DNA of 64,000 nt from a virus (taxonomy: Duplodnaviria; Caudoviricetes). Where the stretch lies: IMG/VR virus record IMGVR_UViG_3300018494_000083; one strand, 5' to 3'. Every line of letters starts with the position of its first letter. The first letter of the stretch is position 1. Shown one piece after another: positions 20,645 through 29,179 of this stretch. Under the pieces are notes generated by a model. It searched no databases. It had not been told where the DNA came from and saw nothing but the letters and a program-made list of their open reading frames with translations. The translations under genes were made by a program, and so were the position numbers.

Positions 20645-21394
20645 TTACCATCCTTCCTTGAAACTTAAGAGAGCAGTCTTGAATGTATCAGACTGATATT
20701 CTTCGGGAATAGGCATACCATAGACTACCTTCTTTGCAGTCTCGATATCTACACTCTTAATATAAGACTTAAGAGAGTTGAAATAAGACAGATGATAGTT
20801 TCTATAGTTATTTGCGGTCAGTATGATATCCTGAATATCTTTCTTCGACCAGAGTTTCTCAAGCTCACCAGCACAGTGATATGCGAATTCCTCTTTATTT
20901 GTAAAGATGGCTAATTCAACACTGAGTGCGAGAAGGTTGATCTGATCAGTCTCGGTAAGATCAACATGATGGGATTTACCGTCAGAGAGTACAATATTAA
21001 TACCGCTTATGATTCTCTTATTACAAGCATCGCTCATATTAGCAATAACGCTATTACGAACATAGTCAAGAGTAGAGGTGTCTTCAATGGTGGCAACGTT
21101 ATAGATATCGTGGTTCTCATTAACCACGGATTTAAGAGTTTCATACTCACTCATCGAGATTTTAACGAGTCTCATGGGTTCAGTCGGATAAGAATGCTCT
21201 GTATCAAACTCGAGATCTCCAGTTACATAGATCTTATCATCATGTAACTCACCAGCAAGACCGACCGTAAGTCGGTAATTGGTATTAGGTCCAGATTTCT
21301 CTTTTCTTAGTCTTCTACCAGCTTTCTTATATACAACTAATCCATCGGAGACATCCAAGATCTTACCAGATGTACTTACAAATTTATAATACAT
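20645..21394 (-). CDS. DUF4376-like tail-fibre-associated protein
   Basis: DLTETDQINL...YHCAGE...YHLSYFNSLKSYI pattern, recalled from Firmicutes phage DGR neighbourhoods. Confidence 0.6.
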   Translation of the reverse strand: MYYKFVSTSGKILDVSDGLVVYKKAGRRLRKEKSGPNTNYRLTVGLAGELHDDKIYVTGDLEFDTEHSYPTEPMRLVKISMSEYETLKSVVNENHDIYNVATIEDTSTLDYVRNSVIANMSDACNKRIISGINIVLSDGKSHHVDLTETDQINLLALSVELAIFTNKEEFAYHCAGELEKLWSKKDIQDIILTANNYRNYHLSYFNSLKSYIKSVDIETAKKVVYGMPIPEEYQSDTFKTALLSFKEGW

Positions 21395-22487
21395 TTATCT
21401 TGCCTCCAAATAATGATTTTATATAGTTAACAAATTCAACTTCGTTCTGACGAGAGCCGAATGATTCTATTGTATCCATAGTAGACTTACAATATTCACG
21501 AACCTTATTTAGCTCTATTTCACCAGACTTCCATTTATTGTAAAGCTTCTTGAGTTTCTTCTTGTTAGATTGCATCTTTTTCTTAGGGATAGATGATATG
21601 ATCTTCCCTGATTTCTTAACTCGGAATTCTATCTTAAGATATTTAAATTCTTCGATAGTACTTATCTTAACTTTGTTTTCATTCAAAGTAAGTCCAAGCT
21701 CGGCACCTAATTCACTTACACTCTCAAGAACCTTCATAAGTTCTTCTCGTGTTCGCATGATAAGATAAGCATCATCTACATAGCGTCCAAAGAACTTTAC
21801 ATGACATTTCTCTTTGATGAAATGGTCAATTACATTTGGGTATACTACACCAACTAATTGACTGAAAGGTGCACCAAAAGGCATCTGTTCATATTGGCAA
21901 AACTCAGCAAGCTGTTTCTTTATTAGATTGTTTTTGGTATTTTTAGATACCACATTTAAAGCCTTATCGGGGATAATACTGTTAAAATATGACGAATAAT
22001 CTATAACCGCAATACAACAGCTCGTACCCCACTTATTAAATGCTTTAACTAGATCTTCTTTGATATTGACGTAGGCTTGTGTCATTCCTTTATTCTTGAC
22101 ATTGCCTACATTACCGTCTACTATTGATCCCAATACTACATCACTGAGATAATAGTCGTTGATAGTTTTCTGCACTAATCGTTCTTCGAGATGAGGTGTC
22201 TGAATATGTCTCTTCTTTCCTCGGTCTGTGATATCTACATCATATACACCTTTTGATTTGTAGATCTCTCCATGCTCAGCATTGTCCGCCATTTCATATA
22301 TGGCATACAGAGATTTTTCTTCAAACCTTGCATATGAGCCTTTCGATTTACGAGAACCTTTAGACATGCGATCATAAGTCTCAAATAGATTAGTAAATGA
22401 GAGTATATCAGATAACTCTGGTTCATCCTTGTGCTTCTTCCGTTGACGATTTTGATAACGGATTTCGCGTCTTTCTTTTGAGTTCAT
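21384..22487 (-). CDS. DGR-type reverse transcriptase
   Basis: RGKKRHI, ERLVQK, IDYSSYFNSI, MPFGAPFSQ (SQ motif of DGR RTs), GRYVDD; 367 aa with no maturase or endonuclease domain; downstream of an avd-like gene. Confidence 0.9.
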   Translation of the reverse strand: MNSKERREIRYQNRQRKKHKDEPELSDILSFTNLFETYDRMSKGSRKSKGSYARFEEKSLYAIYEMADNAEHGEIYKSKGVYDVDITDRGKKRHIQTPHLEERLVQKTINDYYLSDVVLGSIVDGNVGNVKNKGMTQAYVNIKEDLVKAFNKWGTSCCIAVIDYSSYFNSIIPDKALNVVSKNTKNNLIKKQLAEFCQYEQMPFGAPFSQLVGVVYPNVIDHFIKEKCHVKFFGRYVDDAYLIMRTREELMKVLESVSELGAELGLTLNENKVKISTIEEFKYLKIEFRVKKSGKIISSIPKKKMQSNKKKLKKLYNKWKSGEIELNKVREYCKSTMDTIESFGSRQNEVEFVNYIKSLFGGKINVL

Positions 22488-22489
22488 CT

Positions 22490-22910
22490 ATCCTCCATGA
22501 TAAAAAAGTTTCGTAAGAATCCTATTGAGACTCTTACGAAATTGGCTTCTGTATAATCAGTTGTAGATAGCATAGATTACATAGGGAATTGGTATGAAAC
22601 TACAGAGCTATCAATTCTGTAGCCATGCAAGAAGCGTCCACCTATCCCATCAGAATCATATAATGATTTCCTCCTTCAACAGAAGATACTGAATTCACCT
22701 TGTGGGTTACTATGCCTGACCAGCTGCTGAGAGACCATGAAGCTAGTTATGTATTTTTAAGTTGAATCCCGAAGCAAACACCATACGATGTATATGTCTT
22801 CCATATCTTAGTTCGGGCTTCACACCCGCATCAGCTGCCTTAGTAAGATATGTATTGAGAGAGGTTCTCAACGACGTTCGATATAGGAAATCATGTATAT
22901 AATCACTTCC
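22490..22910 (-). ncRNA. DGR RNA region (degenerate TR with IMH*-like end plus spacer)
   Basis: ORF-free interval between avd and RT; 17 nt ATGGTGTTTGCTTCGGG (22768-22784) identical to the target VR 3' flank (27091-27107); hairpin at 22510-22540. Confidence 0.7.
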
Positions 22911-22912
22911 AT

Positions 22913-23407
22913 TTAGTAATATGCAGAGAAGTCTTTACCAAATGCAATAGAGAATCTCTTAAACGCTCTTTGGTCTTGTTTCATTACACCACGAATTAAC
23001 CTTGCCTCATCCAATATTCGTCCTGTAAACTCTTTGAGAACTTTATCTTTGTCTTCGATAAGTTCCTGAATTTCCATTCGCTTACCAATCTTAAGGAGCT
23101 TTCCAACTACCTTAAGAGAGGATATTGTGGCTTCAAAGAATTCTTGGCGTCGTTCATATGCTTTTCGGTACATCTCATATGTGGCATCAGTCTTTCCATA
23201 CTTCCAGAATTTAAAATCTATCTTTATATCATTTGCTTTCTCTAAATATTCCTGAGCCAGAGTGATATTGTACAATATGCGGTTTGTAAATGTTCCCGAG
23301 TATCGTTTAGGAAATTTTGAGCAGTGATTATATGTATAAGCTACTAGATCAGCCATATTATCAATGAATTTAATTTGGGATGAACCAACATCTCCGTAAT
23401 TATCCAT
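22913..23407 (-). CDS. avd: Avd-like accessory protein (four-helix bundle)
   Basis: 164 aa, FPKRY...EKANDI...ERRQEF...LIRGVMKQD pattern; canonical position upstream of TR-RT. Confidence 0.8.
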   Translation of the reverse strand: MDNYGDVGSSQIKFIDNMADLVAYTYNHCSKFPKRYSGTFTNRILYNITLAQEYLEKANDIKIDFKFWKYGKTDATYEMYRKAYERRQEFFEATISSLKVVGKLLKIGKRMEIQELIEDKDKVLKEFTGRILDEARLIRGVMKQDQRAFKRFSIAFGKDFSAYY

Positions 23408-23493
23408 ATTTTCCTCCTTATGGGTGTTGTAATTTATACTAATACATTGCTCATTGGAATATATACTCGTAAAGCCCTAAATATAATATCTAC

Positions 23494-23604
23494 ACCATGA
23501 TCTTCATTACCAGACCACGTTCCACCGGTAGGATTTCCATCAATATATATTCGCTTCCACCTATCGGCAATCATTACATCAGATACTATTTCATATGTAG
23601 GAGT
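23494..23604 (-). repeat. Solo variable-region cassette
   Basis: 111 nt ACTCCT...CATGGT encoding TPTYEIVSDVMIADRWKRIYIDGNPTGGTWSGNEDHG, directly after a terminator U-tract. Confidence 0.8.
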
Positions 23605-23640
23605 AAAAAAAGAAGAGATAGCCCGAAGGCTATCTCTCTT
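23605..23640 (-). terminator. Intrinsic terminator
   Basis: GAGATAGCC-TTCG-GGCTATCTC stem followed by a T-run. Confidence 0.85.
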
Positions 23641-23644
23641 ATTT

Positions 23645-25660
23645 TTAAAGTGTAAGGTTGTATGCAATATAAGTCGCGTACTGATCCTTGAGAGTTTGAA
23701 TGATATTACCCTTGGCGTCAACGATGCTATGATCACCATTATAACTGATTACGTTATAAGGTTCTGCGTCACCATATACTTCACGGATTCTGTCATTCTT
23801 ATAGACCATATTGATAGCCTCTCTGGTCTCAGGTGCAACTCGTACATAAGCCATATGATCATGGCTAATCCAACCTTGAATCTTATCGAGCATCTCGAGA
23901 GTCTCAGTCATCGTCAATTTACCAAAGTCAGCCTTAAGACCAAGAATAGTAAATACTGCCGATTTCTTACCACTCTCAGTGAAATCATTAAGGAATGTAT
24001 CTTGAAGCTCGACCATATCTTTATGGAGATTTCCGTCATCATCTGTATAAGTGATGACATAATTATCTCCTATATCCATAATCTTTTGTCCAAGGAAAAC
24101 AATTCCAAGAACATCAGCACTATCCCAGTTAGTGATAGTGGAAAGAGTTCTTAATGATCCACAGTATTGCTTTGTTTCGATTCCCCAGAAGATCGTTCTT
24201 GTGATCAAGCAGTTCGTATATTCATCCTCAGAGAGGAGATAGATAGCCGAATTAACAGGACCACAATATTTATACCAGTCCTTACGAGAATCCCAAGATT
24301 CTGTAGGATCGGTATCAGGAAGATCTGCAAAATGGAGATAGTTCTGACCATGTTTGATGAAGATGTGATTCTCTCCAGATTTAGTGGAAACAATCCTGAA
24401 CTCCTTCTGGTCTACTCTCTTACTCTTAAGATTGATGCCAATATCGGTAATCTTATCAACGAGGTAAAGGTTACCAGACTTATCACACTCGAAACGGTAG
24501 TCTCTACCAACCTTCTTACCAGTTCTTGCATCGATATAGGTATCGCTCAGAATCGTGTAAGAGGAATCATTCTTATGGTCATTCGTCCACTTAAAGTCGT
24601 AGACTTCCCAACCATAATCAGTTTTGTATTTGAGCTTATTCATAAGCTTATTGACTTCATACCCACGCTCCTTACAATCCGAAATGAAGAGCATATCAGG
24701 TGCAGGATCACGAATGATATCAGTAAGAATAGCTTGCATCTCAACCTTGTTTACGGATACTGTATATTTGGGCTGTTCGCCGATGATATTGGTACGCGTA
24801 TAAACACGATCGTATTCATTGGCTTCACCAAGTGTCGGAAACGAACCAGCTACAACATAGTCGCCGTTCTCACGATAGATCTTAAACTCATTCTCAGGAT
24901 AACCGTCATCATTATAAACGACTCCTATTTGGAGCATATAGGTTGTATCAGATTCGAGTTTATAAGAGCTTCTGTAAAGAGGAACTCTGAATCCGCCTAC
25001 CTGGGCAACGAACTGTCCATCAATGAACGAGATCTTATATGTCGGGGTTTCGATGATATTAGGTACATTATATTCCGAAGAAGATATATGTACCGTATAT
25101 GTGGTTATATGGCTCTTAGATTTGTGATGGATCTCATTATAGAGAACCTCAGCCTTAGTCCTATTCAAGTTTCTTTCATGAAGCTTCTGATAAGGCTGAA
25201 CACAATCTCTTCTAAGAGTGATAACCGGAATGATATTCAGTTCACTACCCTTACCGAAATGAATCGGACACTTGGTTGCAGTAAAGAAACCATGATAAGG
25301 TTCGTCTGTTTCGATAAGGAATTCCTCGAAAGGAATCTCGGAGATGAACTCAATTTCTTCTTCTTTGACCGATCTTGCATATACAAGAGATGTACCAATG
25401 GGAGTGATACAATCGATCAAATCCTCGGGAAGACAAGATGTAATGTAGATAGAATCAAGCCATTCAATCTTGCCTGTTTTGATCTTGTCAGGAATTCCAA
25501 CAAGTGCAAGGTTAGCAGTCATATTGTCATTAATACTAACTACATATGCCTTGATACTTGTCTTTGTTCCATCGAGATTTGTATAGGAGAGCGTCTTATA
25601 GTCTCCCAATTTGAGATCTTTCTGAGTCATCTTAAACCAACTCTGTTTAATAGCACTCAT
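23645..25660 (-). CDS. Large hypothetical protein, possibly with a degenerate DUF6273-like N-terminus
   Basis: 671-aa ORF; LKLGDYKT and IIPVITL weakly resemble DUF6273 elements. Confidence 0.65.
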   Translation of the reverse strand: MSAIKQSWFKMTQKDLKLGDYKTLSYTNLDGTKTSIKAYVVSINDNMTANLALVGIPDKIKTGKIEWLDSIYITSCLPEDLIDCITPIGTSLVYARSVKEEEIEFISEIPFEEFLIETDEPYHGFFTATKCPIHFGKGSELNIIPVITLRRDCVQPYQKLHERNLNRTKAEVLYNEIHHKSKSHITTYTVHISSSEYNVPNIIETPTYKISFIDGQFVAQVGGFRVPLYRSSYKLESDTTYMLQIGVVYNDDGYPENEFKIYRENGDYVVAGSFPTLGEANEYDRVYTRTNIIGEQPKYTVSVNKVEMQAILTDIIRDPAPDMLFISDCKERGYEVNKLMNKLKYKTDYGWEVYDFKWTNDHKNDSSYTILSDTYIDARTGKKVGRDYRFECDKSGNLYLVDKITDIGINLKSKRVDQKEFRIVSTKSGENHIFIKHGQNYLHFADLPDTDPTESWDSRKDWYKYCGPVNSAIYLLSEDEYTNCLITRTIFWGIETKQYCGSLRTLSTITNWDSADVLGIVFLGQKIMDIGDNYVITYTDDDGNLHKDMVELQDTFLNDFTESGKKSAVFTILGLKADFGKLTMTETLEMLDKIQGWISHDHMAYVRVAPETREAINMVYKNDRIREVYGDAEPYNVISYNGDHSIVDAKGNIIQTLKDQYATYIAYNLTL

Positions 25661-26481
25661 TAGTTTGCCCTCCTTTTATAGATTTGCACTGTGGTATGCA
25701 TATCAACTTCAAGCTCTCGACCGATAGGCATATCATTATTCATCGAGAAATAACCCGCACCACTAGGAGTACCGGATACCTCAGAATGATTAAACTTTTG
25801 GAAGTGGTAGATAGCCTTAGGTCTGAAATCATGATTTTTATCATCGATACATATAGCCAGACAGATTTCTTCTCTTACTTTACCCGTTGTGATAACTTCT
25901 TCCATTACGTGATCATATACTCGTTCAGTATAGATACGATACAAGTCATTTGGCATAAACTCAATGACAATACGGATTGCCGAGTTCTCAGTCGGGATAG
26001 TAAGAATATTTACATGACTAATAAACTTAGCCATTCTCATATTGAAGTGAATTTTCAGGAAGCCGTTATTATTAAGGGCATCCAATACTTCAGTAACAGG
26101 AATGCTTTCCAATGCCTCATACTTTCCAGAGCAGTAGCAATCCGGAGCGTCGTATGCCCGTCTACTCGGAATATAACCATAGACAATCTCATCTTCATTC
26201 TCGGAGAGCTTAATGAAATTACCCAGATAGTTATTGTGAATATTAAGGTATTGTTTCTCATAATCAGCAACAGGTTTAAGTGTTGCAGTTATGAGATAGT
26301 CGTTTCCAATGGAATCAGATTGTGGACCAGAGATGGTCAGAGGGATGCTCGAAGGCATCCCCCTTACATCAAAGGTATCTACATTGATGATATCACCCGT
26401 TTCGAATTCAGGATTCTCTTCGGATAATCCACCATTTTTCACAACTTCATCCAAGGTTTCAAATGAAATTATGTTGTTCAT
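25660..26481 (-). CDS. Hypothetical protein
   Basis: 273-aa ORF translationally coupled to the next gene. Confidence 0.7.
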   Translation of the reverse strand: MNNIISFETLDEVVKNGGLSEENPEFETGDIINVDTFDVRGMPSSIPLTISGPQSDSIGNDYLITATLKPVADYEKQYLNIHNNYLGNFIKLSENEDEIVYGYIPSRRAYDAPDCYCSGKYEALESIPVTEVLDALNNNGFLKIHFNMRMAKFISHVNILTIPTENSAIRIVIEFMPNDLYRIYTERVYDHVMEEVITTGKVREEICLAICIDDKNHDFRPKAIYHFQKFNHSEVSGTPSGAGYFSMNNDMPIGRELEVDMHTTVQIYKRRAN

Positions 26482-26532
26482 ATTAGGTACCTTCCTTCTT
26501 CATTATTATCATTAATATATTGTATAATTGGC

Positions 26533-27336
26533 TTAAGCAAACCTATCCAAATAACGACAAGAATGAAGTTTAGTCAGTTCCTCGTTTGTAAGAACTTTAT
26601 TGTAGAACTCATAGCCTTCAATTACCGTATTGCTATTACCAAATACAGCTCTTCTATTATCGGAGCTATAGGCTCTTGCATTAGCAGTAATATTAGCCAG
26701 AGTATTTGTAGATTTAAGTTTACCGTTTACATATCCACGAATAGTAGCCGAACCAGTCTTATCTTGAGAGATAATGAGAGTGATTCGGTCTCCATCGTTG
26801 ATATTAGCGGGTGCAATGACCACTTGACCTCCGACGAAAATGCCTTGGGAACCATTCGAGATGTTGTAACCGCCGGTCAAACCGTTGCCGGAGTCCAGTG
26901 AATACCGCATATCAAAAATACCGCCGACATCAACCGCACCATCCAAGTCCTTAATTCTAAAGTCATAGATATGCGTAATTCCAACCTTGGGACTGCAAGC
27001 CATTGCAGGGAATACTTCGACTTCGCCTCGAGATTTCAGCGCGAGCGCCGCGTTGTAGTATCTTGCATGGTTTCTTTGCTTGGTTGAAAGCCCGAAGCAA
27101 ACACCATTGATATCTCTCGGATCTACATACCAATCATATGCCCAACCAGCAAGATTTAAAGAGAATACTCTAGATGCTCCGGCTGATGTTCCTTTATAGA
27201 TTTGGGTTGGAGTGCGAAGCCACCAGTATGTATAGTTAGGTGAGTCGTTGATGAGGAACTTCTTACGGATGAGAACAAAAAAGCGGGTAGTGAGTTTCCC
27301 CACTACCCTAAACAATCCCTTGTCACCAAGGGTCAA
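26533..27336 (-). CDS. DGR target: DUF6273/CLec-like variable segment fused to a LamG/ConA-like domain; start uncertain
   Basis: YWWLRTP...NGVCFG motif; C-terminal YVNG...YNKVLTNEEL is LamG-like; no ATG upstream of the VR, and the first ~20 codons overlap a terminator-like hairpin. Confidence 0.75.
   Translation of the reverse strand: MTLGDKGLFRVVGKLTTRFFVLIRKKFLINDSPNYTYWWLRTPTQIYKGTSAGASRVFSLNLAGWAYDWYVDPRDINGVCFGLSTKQRNHARYYNAALALKSRGEVEVFPAMACSPKVGITHIYDFRIKDLDGAVDVGGIFDMRYSLDSGNGLTGGYNISNGSQGIFVGGQVVIAPANINDGDRITLIISQDKTGSATIRGYVNGKLKSTNTLANITANARAYSSDNRRAVFGNSNTVIEGYEFYNKVLTNEELTKLHSCRYLDRFA
27103..27213 (-). other. Variable region (VR) currently matching array-1 cassette 2
   Basis: Reverse complement equals 12154-12264 except A12181 vs T (position 27186). 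Confidence 0.92.
27277..27308 (-). terminator. Terminator-like hairpin just upstream of the target VR
   Basis: GGGTAGTG-N8-CACTACCC followed by GCTTTTTT. Confidence 0.7.
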
Positions 27337-27623
27337 CAGTTAAACAACACTTATGTCCACAGAGCAATGAAAAGCAGGTTCATTTTTTGAAGGTACCCGT
27401 TTATGGCAGCAACGAGAATTTTACGGTTTGCGAAATTTATATATACAGGAGGTTTGTCAATGACAAGAAAGTTTACCATGTGTTGCTTAACTAGGAATAA
27501 GAATTATATAGTTTAATGTTAGCTTATTTTTATTTTTAATTAATATACAATTATACATTATTATTATGGAATTAGGAAACTAGTTCCAAATCGAAAATAT
27601 ATTATGAAAGGAAGTGACTTAGA

Positions 27624-28685
27624 TTGGCAAAAGTAGCTGAACTTAAAGCTTCTAGTTTGGAGCTTTTCAAAACACATATACTTACATCACAACCTTTGGC
27701 TCGTTTAAGTCCTTCTGGACGAGAGCTACAAATGAGATGTCCGTTCTGTGGAGATAGCGATTCCAACAGAACGAAATTGAGTTTCTCGATAAACGTAGAT
27801 CTTAACTCAGATAACTTTCTCAGATATCAATGTTTCAGAGCATCTTGTTTACAGAGAGGTGTTATCAATAGAGACTTCTTCGAAATGATTGAGTTTAACC
27901 AAGACCATGCAGTATCAGATATTACTGAATATATGGCTGCTAGAATGGTTAAGATTGGTGGTAAATATGTAGCCAAGAAAAGAAAGAGTCTCGTTAATGT
28001 AATAAATACATTAAGTCCAGTTTCTGATAAGAAGCTTGAATATATAAACAACCGTCTTGGTCTTAATTTGACTTACCAAGATATTTATAAGCTCAAGATC
28101 AATCTAGACTTCTGTGAATTGCTCACAACTAATGGTCTAGAGATTCCATATGATAAACAACGATATTATGGAATGCTTAGTGATTATGGAATCAGTTTCA
28201 TATCAGCATATAATGACTTTGTTATCATTCGTGATATTTCAAAGTCTCAACTTATTGGTAAAAGATATACCAATATGAATATATTCCAAAACTACGATAA
28301 TGTAACGAAGTGTTATAGTATTCCAAGAAGCATAGATCTACTTGATCCTGAACCTTGTATCATCAATATTAGCGAGGGAGCATTCGATATCATTGGTGTA
28401 TATTATCACCTTAAGATAGATCGAAAGTATAAGAACCAAGTATTCTTGGCGGCTTGTGGCGGCGGAATTGTAAATACAATAAAAGCATTTATCAAACAGT
28501 ATGGACTAATCAATGTGAAGATTAACATCTTCTCAGATGCAGATGTCCCTATTGAGAAATATAATGAAGTCTATAAACTTAAGAAGTATGTAAAAGACTT
28601 CAAAGTCCATGTGTACTATAATACACTGGAAAAAGATTTTGGTGTCCCTAAGGATAAAATAAAAATAATTAAGTCCACATTATGA
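27624..28685 (+). CDS. DNA primase (Zn finger plus TOPRIM)
   Basis: CPFCGD...CFRASC, ISEGAFD, FSDAD, KDFG. Confidence 0.85.
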   Translation: MAKVAELKASSLELFKTHILTSQPLARLSPSGRELQMRCPFCGDSDSNRTKLSFSINVDLNSDNFLRYQCFRASCLQRGVINRDFFEMIEFNQDHAVSDITEYMAARMVKIGGKYVAKKRKSLVNVINTLSPVSDKKLEYINNRLGLNLTYQDIYKLKINLDFCELLTTNGLEIPYDKQRYYGMLSDYGISFISAYNDFVIIRDISKSQLIGKRYTNMNIFQNYDNVTKCYSIPRSIDLLDPEPCIINISEGAFDIIGVYYHLKIDRKYKNQVFLAACGGGIVNTIKAFIKQYGLINVKINIFSDADVPIEKYNEVYKLKKYVKDFKVHVYYNTLEKDFGVPKDKIKIIKSTL

Positions 28686-28702
28686 TGGCAGGAGGAACAA
28701 AA

Positions 28703-29064
28703 ATGAAAATCTTTTTGAGTCACAACATGAACGGTGTTTCTGAAGAAGAAATTATCAGAACTCGGGAATACTGGAAGGATACGATCAAAAATCGTTTCGG
28801 TCCTGACACTGAGTTCATCGACAACTATACTCATCCTGATGCACCTGAGAATGCCCGAGGTTATGGCACCTCGGTAGATCCATTCAACAGATGTCTGAAG
28901 CGGATGCGGTATTCTTCTTCCCCGGCATGTCCAGTGCAAATGGTTGCACAATTGAAAAGAAGGTTTGTAAAACTTACGGTATTAAGATCTTGTCTACATA
29001 TGATCTCTATAATGTAGATAAACACGAAGAGAAATCCGAGCGTAAGATCAAATTATCTTTATAA
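28703..29064 (+). pseudogene. DUF4406-like protein with a frameshift at ~28855
   Basis: MKIFLSHNMNG...EEI in one frame continues as LWHLGRSIQQMSEADAVFF...ANGCTIE in another. Confidence 0.7.
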
Positions 29065-29134
29065 GAAATTGGGTATGTCCTTCGGGGCATACCCAGACTT
29101 TATTTTTTTTTTGTTAATACCTAAATTTACGGTA

Positions 29135-29146
29135 AACATTCTATTA
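29135..29146 (+). promoter_or_regulatory. Late-promoter-like motif (A/G)ACA-N6-TA
   Basis: Also at 14198, 51324, 57873 (+) and 4750, 27509, 33821, 47010, 51277, 62244 (-), at operon starts; resembles the AR9 late promoter consensus. Confidence 0.6.
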
Positions 29147-29179
29147 ATAATTTTAGGATTATAAAGGAGATGGTTAGTT

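Noticed and set aside
21384-22487. RT as a group II intron maturase or retron
   Set aside because: SQ motif, short length, upstream avd-like gene and a TR-like anchor point to the DGR class; the introns in this window are group I
24167-25663. Long antisense ORFs (also 34369-35778, 51508-52440, 52517-53788, 46168-46992)
   Set aside because: Shadows of codon-biased genes on the opposite strand; no SD or recognisable motifs
27038-27056. Canonical DGR GC hairpin downstream of IMH
   Set aside because: Only a ~4-bp stem (CGCG/CGCG) is visible; too weak to call
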